Assembly: GCA_965285935.1 (NCBI GenBank)
Contig: OZ260661.1
Span: forward strand, 63,612,001-63,676,000
DNA from: Ophelia neglecta
Lineage: Eukaryota
Length of the DNA stretch: 64,000 nucleotides
Direction of reading: 5' to 3'
The notes below the pieces were generated by a model, which saw only the letters and a program-made list of their open reading frames with translations, made no database searches and was not told the origin of the DNA. A program made the translations under genes and the position numbers. Position 1 is the stretch's first letter. The number at the start of each line of letters is the position of its first letter. Positions 12,101 to 24,100 of this stretch are shown in pieces.

Positions 12101-15100
12101 TTGCAAGCAATACTTCCTGAGAAATTCCCAACTTATCAGTGACAATGAAAGTGTTGATTAACAAACAGTAACATAATTGATGCATATAAGAAATGTTGGT
12201 TGATATGTATATGATTAATATGGGTAGAGTTATTAGTCACACCATATTTTTTGATATCAGGTATTTGCTCACATTCAAAATAAACTCTGGCTAGTTTGCA
12301 CTGAAAAAATATATCTGTGTAGGTGGTTCAATAATTTAAATGTGATGTTCATTATCTGCCCCTGCACTGTTTTCTTGGACAGAATAACTTTGCATTAAAT
12401 GATTGAAGACTTGTCTGACTATTGTAGTTGAGGTATTGACTTTAGAGAAAAGTACATAATTCATGTACCACCACGAGGTGAGTTATCTTTTTGCCCAGTG
12501 TGTACTTGAGTTAAAATGGGCGGTTGAACATGAAAAGAAAATATCTGTAAATATAGCCTAGCCAACTTTGTAGATGATAATGTTTACACAGTTGTTGTTC
12601 AAAGTACAAGAATTTATGGGCCTTACAAGGGTTTCTATGATATAGGTACTCCAAACATCACAGGTATTATACAGATGGTGTTACCAGTAAACCCAATGAG
12701 TGGATGACTTACTAGGAGCCATGTCCAATGAATACATGTTAAATAGTTAAATAGATTGTGAGATTCAGTAGTGTGTTTTTCTCTGATCACTGAATTGGTC
12801 TCTAATGCATTTCATAGATTATTATAGCAAGAGAATACAAGATACATGCTTCTGACATAGGTCCTGTAGAATTGCTTTATACTGAAAAAAAAGTGAAAGC
12901 TTATTTAGTGTTATAATAGGCCTTCATCAAATCAAAGAGCTCGCATGCTTTGAATTTACAAATCAGCTTTCATCACTTTGACAGTGGTTGTGGAGTACAG
13001 TTGATAGGATTAGACAACCAACAGCCTTTTAGTGAAACCTTCTCCTAGTGTAAGAGGTGTTTGACCTTATCTCGGTGAATGTCATGTGTGGAACTTGACT
13101 GATATCATAATATATGTGAGCAAATCCTGATATCTTGGTGTTGATATTGATGTATGTACTTCAAAATCTTGTAATAAACCTATGTCTTACACTGAGGTTA
13201 ATTAACATACATATTTATTTTTTCTTATTTAGGGAGGAGGCAACAGTGTCAGTTTTCAGGAACCATTGGGATTTTCTAGAGATTTTTCAACACAGACTCC
13301 ATCCAGTACACATCGAAGGCCAGAGTCTGCTCCAAATCCTCGTAAAAGGAACTCATCCACTGGGAAGAGCTCACCAAGCCGTATTCCCAGACCTGCAAGT
13401 AGTCGCTCACCATCAGCTTCTCCAGATAGGAACAAATCAAATTCCCCTCAGCGCAGTAAAATACCTAGACGACTTAGCAATACCTCAGCCCACTCTAGGT
13501 CACCCAGTAGGTCACCGGTTAGACCCAAATCTAGGTCACCCAGACCTAGCCCCAGAGGAGTTAACAGAAGTCCATTCAGAGGGCAAGGTGATGACAAACC
13601 ACAGCCACCTGGTGCAGGTGGAGCTATAGCTAAATATCCTGTCAAATCTGACCTTACTGGGACAGCTACTGCTGGTAACCGCAGGAAACTACCAGATATT
13701 ACCAGAAACGGGCAAGGCCAGACAAACAGAACTGTAAGTACTGGACCAAAGTTTAAGAGTCCAAGCAGGACATCAGACCACTCTGTGTCACCTGGTAGAA
13801 GTAGAAGCGACTCCCTTATTCCCAGAAGAACCAACTCGCCAGCCAGCAGGAGAAGTGTAGACAGTGGACGCTCCTCTCCAAGATCTGTAAGATCATCAAG
13901 ATCGGCAACTAGGCATCCTCGAAAATTGCCTAGACCAGGTAGCAGTGCCACTTGTGCTGCAGGAGACTGGGAAACTGATGATTCTGAATCTGGCTATGGC
14001 GATATTATTCATGCTGTGGGCACAGATCATCAGTCTGAAGATGACATAGCTCTTATTCCAAGCCTTGAACAAGATCCATCAAATAGGTCTTGTACTATAG
14101 TTGAGGTTCAGCCAGAACATTTCTTTTCAGCAGGAGCTCAGGGACCATATGAAACGAGAGGAGTGACATTTGCTGAGCATGAGAATATTACTATAAGACC
14201 CTTGGCACAAGTGTACATAACAACTGATGAGTCTTCTGATGAGTTAGCAGTGCCAATACTACATGCCAGCAACAGCAACAGTTCCCTTCAAACTTCTCAG
14301 GATGATGTATTACAGGCTGTTCTGGAAGCTGACAGAGCAATGCAAGAAATGATGGCATCAGGAGCAGCAGCATCTCAGTTTAGAATACAAGCTAGTGATA
14401 CAGATAGTTGGTACAGGAACCCTACTGAAGGAGTGACTGTAGAGAATGGAGAGCCAGTGAGGGTACTCCTGCTCGACCATGAGGCCCAAACGTCTTCTCT
14501 GACCGACTCAGCTAAACAGGCACTTAAAAAACCAGCATCAGGTCAGCAAAGTTCTGGAACCATGAACAGTGGTCAGCAGTGGAATACACCTGAACCAACA
14601 CTGACAAGGGTTAATGTTATATATGACAACAACAGCAATTTAAGACAAGAAGCGCCATCTCATGCTGAGAGTCAGTCTATTAGAGGAAGGTCTTGGTTAG
14701 ACGAAAATCAAGGAAACGACAATGCGCGGAGACAACTTGAAGTTGTAGAACATGAAGTAAATCTCTCAAGACATGTGCTTAAACCTAACACAGATTTAGA
14801 CTCAGAGGATGAAGGGCCACCTGAAGAAAACCCTCATCAAGACTTGGATGGTACTTTAGACAATGAGGATGTTGAATCCTGGTATTCAGGCATCACAGAA
14901 CCAGAGCCTGACACGGTGTCCTCTACATGTGATTCTGGCACCCAGACAATGAGACACAGAAAGACCCAAACACAGAATTTGGAAGATGGTGCCACACAGA
15001 CATCTGCTCACCCAAGGAGAAGGAAACTTCCCTCAGTGCCCGGAGCAGGGTACGACACCGATGATGGAACTGCGAGTGTTCTGTCCCTTGACAGCAGCAC

Positions 15101-18100
15101 TTCAGAACGCAATGCACAGAGAGTACCAAACTCAATGACTGGCCTGCAAGACAAGGAAAGGGTCAGCAAGCTGAAAAGGAGGTTGCCATGTGTTAATGCC
15201 CATGCAAATGACATGATGGAACCAGATAGTGAGTCAGAAGGTATTGGAACAAATAGTGCCCTGATGAATACCATTCAGTATGCTGGCATTAACTCATTGC
15301 GAAACACCAGCCAATCAGGACAAAGTTCTCCTAGACAACCTATTCTAGGGGGTTCGCTGCCCCTACAAGCCACTAGGGACAGGGTCCAACAGCCAAGGTA
15401 TATAAAGGAGTATCAGAAGTATATAGAATCTTTTGAAGGAACAGCCAGTGGTCCTTTCACTCCAGGTGCCTATGAGGAACCACTTGAGGACACTTTATTT
15501 AGGAACGGTAACAGCACTGCACAGTCTTACCATCATGATATGCAAATTCCATCACATCACCAAAGACAGAGAAACTATGAATCAATGCCCAACACTATGC
15601 CACAAGATTCTGCCGGTGAAGCTGGAAATTCTCAGAATATCATGATGCCACAGACAATGGATGCTTTATATAATCGTTCTACCCAAACTTCTCCTTTTCA
15701 GAGGCCTAGAAACTTTAGTAATGCCTCTGATGGCTCTAGCAGGAGGAGACCCATGTCAGCAGGCATGGTTAAAAGTGATTCCATGAGTGATAAGGAAAAT
15801 AGGAGGCCAAAGACTAGCACAGTAAGAAATAGTCAGACTTTAGATGTGCCTTCTTCCACTTTTGATAGGCTGTTTAGTGGTGGACCTCAGTCAATGGCAG
15901 CACGATCCCCCCAGATGCAAATGTCTAAGGAGAGAGCACGTTCCTGGGATGTGATTGATACATCAGATGGACCAGCATCTGCTTACTCTTCAATGAGAGA
16001 TTTTGGGCAGCAAACCCCAATAACCCACTCGACTCAGACTCCGCTGAGAATAATGCTGGGTTCCAATGGCGATGGATTACCAAGAGGAACGATCAGTGTG
16101 GGGGATACATTAGTGTTTGATAGAGACGCCAATGCTCACACAGTTATACAGCCATGGAATGTCATCAGTCCACTAGACCTAGATATTACTGCAGCACGTG
16201 ACTTTGCCACTCAGACCTTTGGACAGATGCATAACATGTCTCATTTACATGTTCAAACTCAAACTCAGGAGAGTGGTATCTCAAGGGTCAACACAAACAG
16301 TGGGTCTAACTTGACTGTCAACACAGACAGAGGATTTACATTGGAGGCGGCAGACAGACATTACTCTCCAATGCATGCATTCAATGAATTTGAAAGGCAA
16401 ACAACTCCAAGGCTCCTACAGCAGCCACCAGTAACAGAATATAACATTCCTCATATGCAGCCAGAAATGTCTCAGAGACAGCAACTAGATGAAATGCACA
16501 GGCAACCAACTCCCTTTCAGGCCTATCAGGCTCCCACAGGACAAGAGAGGCCTCTACAGGAGAGTCACACTTCTCCTAAAACAGGCTTGCCAAAACAGAC
16601 TATTACACCATCACAACAACAGTCAGAACACGAGGAAGAAGAATCCAAAGATATATTCGAAGAAAAAGCCAAGAAACATCATAAGCGGGACAAGTCCAAA
16701 AGATCTCCTGAGAGGAATTATAACGATAAACAGTCAGAAACTACAGCTCAGTCCAACATGAGTCGAAAAGACATATTGAAATTCATGTTAAGCCAGGTGA
16801 AGGAGCTAAGGAGGCAAATTGATCATGATCCTGAGGAGAGCAAACATGTGCCCAGGAAAGAGAGCAAAGTGAAGAAGCCTAGTAAAAGCAAAGAAAAGCC
16901 ACTTAAGCGCAGAGAGCAGAGTGAAGAAAGAGAACCGCTTGAAGACCCTGACAAGCTGTACACTAAGAGAAGAATAGAGCAGATGTACAGTCACAACCCG
17001 CATAGAGGCACTGAGCCTGAGCCTGACAGACGCCACAGGAGGCGCCACAGTATAGAGAGCTACATCAGTGAGAAAGATGATGTTGTGGAAGGCAGAAGTG
17101 CTAATGCTAGGGATCATTACCTTAAATTCATCAGGGATAGATATATTCCAAGGAGAAAATGGAGCCAGAGCCGTGAGGAGCCTTATTTCTCTCGGCCCAG
17201 GGAAAAGGCCCCCCCTAGGAGGGCTTTGACTCCTCCGCCTAGAAGAACCCCTCCACCGTTTTCCAGGTATATTCCAAATTATCCAGGAATGGGGATACCA
17301 ATGGGTAGGGAGGTTCCCCCTCACAGGAGACAGTTACCTCAGGTACCAGTCAGAGAGCGTAGCTTTCCCCCACCACAGGCCCCTCCTATGAGACCGCCCT
17401 TCTTCCAAAGTCCTTATCCACATAGAATGCCCATTACTCAACAGCATTTCATGCCAAGCAGAATGGCACAACCTCCTCCTTATATGGTTTCTCAACAACC
17501 AATGCCATTTACCCAAGGAATGCCACCTGCAGTGCCAGTCCAGTTGGGTCAGGGAGCCTTCAGGCCAATCAGCATGCAGGAGGCCCAACGTATGGGAACC
17601 CCAGTACAGGGAACCCCAGTGATGCTCCTCCCTTCCTCCCAGGTACCTGCCTCCCCGCATGCTCCATTCATAGTTATAGCCAGCCCCTATAGATATGAAA
17701 GTGTCAGTGACAGTGCCCCAGAGGGAGGGGAGGGAATGACTCGCACACGTCAATCCCGCCCTTCCTCTTCAAAACACAGGGATGGGGAGAACTCCTTTAG
17801 TAAGGCTTCTCGGGCCGCCAAGGAAATGAAAAACCTCACCGAACGGCTCCAACGCTCTACTCCTAGGAAATGATTTGGGCTCAGTAGAATAGTACCTATT
17901 ATATAAATGTACTTAAAATATTACTATTTCAGGTATTTTTTGCCTATATTGTTGCTTATCATATAATGATTATAAGAACAGAAAATGTAAATTTACATCT
18001 TAATTTTCATGAATTTCAACTGAGTGCAGACTTTGTGTATTAATGTCTATCAGTTGTTTATGTTTTAAAGCTTGGTATTACAGACTACTTCACCATTATG

Positions 18101-21100
18101 AGATTATTTACTACTTAATGGGTGGTCTTAGGGTAGTTAATTTATACACTACTTTGTAACTGTGGTAGCAGACTTTAACCTGACTACCGGTAGGTAATGT
18201 TTTATGTGGAGAACCATGAGATAAGTTGTTGATTTCTTATTGTGTTAGGATAAAAGTAACCATTTAGAAGATTTGTGTGAAAAATAATTTTTTATCTAGC
18301 TAAGTTATGATCTCTGTTAAGGTTTACTTCTTGTAGATGTGTAAGTTTTTAGTGTTAATAATAGTTATTTACATATCATTAGTTATTTCACTGCTGATTG
18401 TGATATAAAATTCTTATGATGAGGTGCCTTCAACATCCGTCCATACTTGAGTACAGTACACAGTTCCTTTTATGTGTGCCAAACTGCTTCTTTTATATAA
18501 GATCTACAACATTTATTTTTATGACATGATTATTTTATGTAAGCATGAGGTATAGATTTACTTGGGATCCATATCATGTGATCAGATGAATTTATTTATT
18601 ATATTGGACTTAAAGGCTTTTTATGATGTAAAGGCTTTTTGTATATTTGTGCCAATTAATTGCTAGTTAATCTAATTTGAAGGGCAAATAAATGTTTGTT
18701 GTTTGTTGTTAGATGTATTAAGAGCATTCCAATTTTTACAATATATAGTTTTCCTAAATGATTATAATAAACATCAGTAAATTATTCATCACTTATGTCT
18801 ACATCTTTTTTTCTTACTACACACATTAGAACAGAGCAGGTGAAGGCAAGGAGTGTTTTTAGCATAGTTTGCCTCTGCAAAAGGGATGTGGTATGTATAC
18901 ATGTAAGTCTGCTGGTGCTCATTGACTCTACCATGGTAATGAACAGCCACCTGTGAAAGCAGTGAAAATGAATTACATGTATCATAAAATTGGAAACTTA
19001 CATCTATACAAGTCTTGGCTCTCTTACAGTATATACATGTACATGTAAAGGCTAAAAAATCAAATTCAATTACAGTGGTAAGATAACATTCTTAAAATAT
19101 TAAATAAAGATGGTCATGGATCCAAATGTGATCCAGCTGCACAGCTTTGCCCACCCCATACCAGCCTTAACAGATTTTATTCAGTTTTCAAATAAAGCAA
19201 TTCTATCAGAGTCTTGACCTCATGTACTAACTAACGAATAAGGCATATGATAATATTAAAATGACCTTCCCAGATAACTGTGGCCTTAAAATATGTCTGA
19301 TAAACACAGAGACGATACTAACATGGAAAATTGAAATTAAAATACTATCCAGTTTCACCGTTTTAAGCACACCCAAAATGAGCCAATGAAAGGACATGAT
19401 TAAAAACAAGATCAAAGATGTCTTTCCTGTAAATGGCAAAGAAACAAGATCAAAGATGTCCTCCCTATAAATGACGAAAACAAGATCAAAGACGTGCTCA
19501 CTAAAAATTGCAAAAGGTGCCTGAAAGGAAAATAAAACTGTCCTGCTTCATCCTTGTGAAATAAAAAGTGCCAGAGAAACTATTGATTTTGTATGAAGTT
19601 AATGTGTGTATTTGATGTGCACTTTCCCCATGTATTTGCTAATATTTTTTTTCATTTTTTTGTTCTAAATCACAAGCAGACTCAACTACTGAAAATAGTT
19701 TGGGCTTCAGCTTGGAATGATATGCCCATTGTTTCTGATATCATTGAGACAACCCCAATTTTATATAATTTTATTTTCCAAAAACATTCACAATTTTTAT
19801 GAATTCATCAAAGACATGAATATTATGTATATGTTGATGTGGTAGACCTATATCTCTCTTGTACAAATTACTAGAGAACAGTAGAACTCTATTATTAGCT
19901 GATTGACATGCAAACTGCTGCCACTGGCAAAACTCCAACTATCAATGATTTCTTGGCATGACCTGAATACAGAAATCTCCATGAAAATACAAATTACACC
20001 AGACACTCACAATCATAATATAATAATGATGGTAATTATACAGTTAGGATAACTGTAAAAACATAATAAGAAAATCATAAAATGGAAACAGTGTATTTGA
20101 TAGAGAATTACCTAACTGCCTATTTTTGGTTTGTAGTTTGTGAGTATAGAACAGTTACAAACATCACTGTTGCTTGTAACTGAAATAATGGTGCTGATGC
20201 TTTAATAAAACACAGTGATCCTGTCAATTTAATTGATCAGCTAAAAATGTTAGTTTGCCATACATGTATTTGTAAATCAATGGTTAGCTACTAAGCCGAA
20301 TATTTTAGGGATACCCGTCACATTTTTCAAGCTACAAGAATAATCAATCTTGATACCTGTTCTGTTAGTTGCTATGCAAGGGGACTGACTAGTGGCTGCC
20401 TAACCTGAGTGGTAAATATGTCATTAAAAGACCGTCTTGATAAGACCTGGATACAAAGAAGACTGGCTTCACTAAGGAAACGAAAGGTACCCCTGACCTA
20501 GTATAGTGATGCAGTGTCTTGGGTAAGAAATATGATATACATGTACAAAGAGAAAGTTTAGTCTCCAACAATGATGATAGGCATTTGTCTATTTTTTCCT
20601 TTACAGAAACTGTCCAGTAAATTAGAAGAGAGTAGAGCTAGTGTAGATGAGATGGTGGCTGCTGCCGGCGAGGTGACGTCTGCCATCAGCCAGCATGACA
20701 AGGAGCTGGTGGATGACAACATCAGGTACAACATTCCCTAAGTACTCTACTGCTTCTAGTGCTGTGTTCCTTGTATGATAACTTAGTCTGTATGAAACTA
20801 ATGAATTTCACACTGCACCATCACATTATCAATACTGTAATATTGCATATGTATATTGATTTTTCATCAATCACTAGCCATTTTATGACCCCACATACTT
20901 GGCTATTTGAGATTGGCCAGACTTAAGCCTGTGGTATAGTTGACTCGTGTACCATGTGTGTATAGTGGGATTTGAGCAGTTTGCCATTATCTTTTTTTTT
21001 CTAAAGCCAAGTTTCACCTGTCATTGTTCTAGCACCATCCAGCGTAAGCTGGCTGATGCCCAGGAGAAGACTGGGCGTGGTGTACACACCTACCAGACCC

Positions 21101-24100
21101 TGATCACCAGCTATCACACTGTGACTGAGCTGATAGAGACCCAGAGCAGCTGGCTGATAGAGACCCAGGCAGCCCTCAGCCAAGAGCCACCCATAGGCTT
21201 CAGTGTGCAGCTGGCGCAGGAATCTCTACACCACCATAATGTAAGTGACAGCTAAATAGGTGCTTCAATACTCTGCCAGGTTAACATTTTTTTTTCACTA
21301 AAGACTTGTTGCACATGTAAATATTTTCTTTGTGTTTGGTACTGTTTAGGTGCTGCTGCAAGAGATTGAGGCCAAACAAGCTACCTTAGATACGATTAAA
21401 CGGCAAACCGACCCACTACTACAAAATGTGAATCCCAAAGAAAGAGACCTGCTGGTTAAGAGACAAAAAGATCTGAAAGAAGACCATAAAAAGCTTAGAG
21501 AAATGGCCAATGAAAAACGCAAACTACTTGCCAAAGGAGTCAGTGAAAGAGAAAGCCTTCAAGATGACTTTGAGCGAGTGATGGGATGGCTGGAGGAGAA
21601 GGAGGCTATGTTTGACCCAACCAGTCAAAAAATACCTCTGAAACACACAGACATAGGCAAAGCAATGGAAGGAAAAAAGGTCAGCAACACTTGATTGTTG
21701 TGTAGGTTTTATCCTCACTGGTAGTGATAACTCATGCCTGTTGGTATCCCCCATCAATTAAATGAATATTGATTTTCATGCATATGGTATACATATAGAA
21801 TTCTGAAGTATATGTAGCTTTGAATTTGTTTCAGACTTTATTGTCAGAAGTGAAGGCCTATGATCCTACAGTAGAGAGACTGCTCCAAGACGGACAGGCT
21901 ACACTTGAGAGAAGTAGTGATGCTGACAAAGCCAACATGGAGCAGAAACTTTCTGAATTAGACACAAGATACACTGGCCTCCGAGATGTACTCCAGGTGT
22001 TTATTGACAAAGCCCATGCAGCCCTAGTGACACACAAGGAGCTGGAGGCAGACATTCTCAAGCTAGAGCTATGGGTGAAGGAGGCTGATAACACCACAGC
22101 CAAGCCAGTCAATGTAGACATTCCCGTAGAGGCTCTCACAGAACTTGTTAAGAAATATCAGAACCTCAATAATGCAGCTAAGGATAATGAAAAATTAATT
22201 GGTGAATTGGCCCAGAGGTGTGAGGATGTCTTACCCGAGCTCAGTGATGCTGACCAAGTTGCTCTCAAAGAGAGACTTCATGGAAGACGTGAAGCCCTTA
22301 ATAGGTATGGACACATGTTCACTGGTTATCGTATTCTTTATAATAAGCGCCCATACCTGAATGCACACACTCTCTTTTTTTTCTGGAAAAAATCTTTCCG
22401 CTTTGGCCTAGGTTTTGGGTTTTTTTAAGCATTCTTGGTTCACATAATTACATAAACAGCCTGTGCACTTAACACATAGAAGATGGTACTCACAGTTAAA
22501 CCTGATATGCAATTTTAATGATAGTTGTTAGCAGTATGTTATTAACTTTCACCAGTGTTTTTTAGGTTTAAAATATTCTTACATTGATTACAGGGTGGCA
22601 GACACAATTCAGAAAGAGCTTGATGCTTTACAAGAAGCTCATACCAACAAAAGTAAGTTTGAAGAAGACATGTTGGAACTCACCAAGATTTTGTGTGTTG
22701 ACCAAGAAAGCCTGAAGCAGCTAAGCCGCGGCATCGGGCACAAGCTGTCTGATGCTCAGGATATGTTGTCGAAGTTGCAGCAAATCCAAGATCAGCTAGT
22801 GGACTCTCAACCTTTGTTGACCAACCTTCAGCAGACAATGGAGCAACTCAAAGCTCAAGGTTTGGGTAGTCCAACTGATGAGATGAACCGACTCAATAGG
22901 CAATATGAGGAAATCACGCAGCAAACGGCGCAGCAGAGAGACAAACTAAAGAGTGCCGTCAGCCTGAGAGAGCAGTATTATACCACCAAGGCCGATCTGG
23001 AGACTTGCCTCCGACAGTGCCAGGAACAGATGGATGCTGTGGATGTTCTTGGGGTATCGGTTCCCACCAAGCTGGACAGATACAAGAATATCACTGAAAC
23101 ATTGCAGGCGAAGGAATCCTCCCTTGCTGGCATTGAAGACAAGGGCCAACAGATCAGTATAGAAGGTAATGTGAATGATGTCAAAGCCATTCAAGAACAG
23201 CTGCAACCAGTGAAGGAGAAATTCAACAGTCTTCGAGATGGTGCTTCAAAAAGCAGTGCAGATCTTAACAGGGTAATTGCTGAGCGACAAGACTTTGAAG
23301 GGGATTTAACCAAGACCATCAAACTCCTCAAAGAGAAAGAACATGAAATAAAAGCTCATGATCAGTTGTCAATGGATGTGGGCAGTGTAGAAAGTGAGCT
23401 GAATAAAATCAGCACTGTGAGGAGAGAAGTTGAAACTCAGTTGCAAGACATACTGGAGCGCATTGAAGAGCATAAATCTCATTATGACGAACTTGATGAG
23501 GCTGTTCCTTTGGAACTTCAAGACAAAATGGATGAAATAGAAGAACTGAAAGATCCATTGATGAATAAACTGAGAGAGGAAGAAGAAAAACTGTCCAAGG
23601 CTAGGGAAAATCGTGAGCTATTCAGTGTGACTTACAGACATGTTACTGAATGGCTGAAGAATGCTGACAACAGGATCAAACCAAATTATGATGGCCTTGA
23701 CTATGACACCATTGAAGAACAATTAGAGCAGCATACAGTGCACTTTGCTGAAGAACCAGAGATACAGAAGAAAATGGACATACTGCTAGATCTTCAGGAA
23801 AAGTTGACTCCAACATTAGACATGAACGATAAGACCACCCTGAAAGAAACTATTAACAATCTAAACCAGAGGTTGATTACTTTGTCTGCTGCAGCTGAGA
23901 AGCAGGAAAAAGTACTCAAAGAAGGGGTCACCTCCTGGAAAGACTACCAAGAAAAACTGAGCTCTGTCACAGAGCTAATGGAGGAGATTGAGGGGCAATG
24001 GCAGGCGATACCACAAGAGTGTCCACCTAAAATAGAACAGGCCAGAGGCCAGCTGCATGATACTCAGGAATTCCTCAGTAAATTGGCTAGTCACCAAGAC

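Noticed and set aside
13135-13629. 164-aa overlapping + ORF, and antisense ORFs (13448-13951, 16806-17324, 17334-17753) over the giant exon
   Set aside because: Shadow frames of low-complexity coding sequence; no motifs or supporting splice or start signals.
19402-19511. Repeat-spacer-like array (three identical cores with variable linkers)
   Set aside because: Linkers are mutually similar and the context is a eukaryotic intron; an ordinary minisatellite, not CRISPR.
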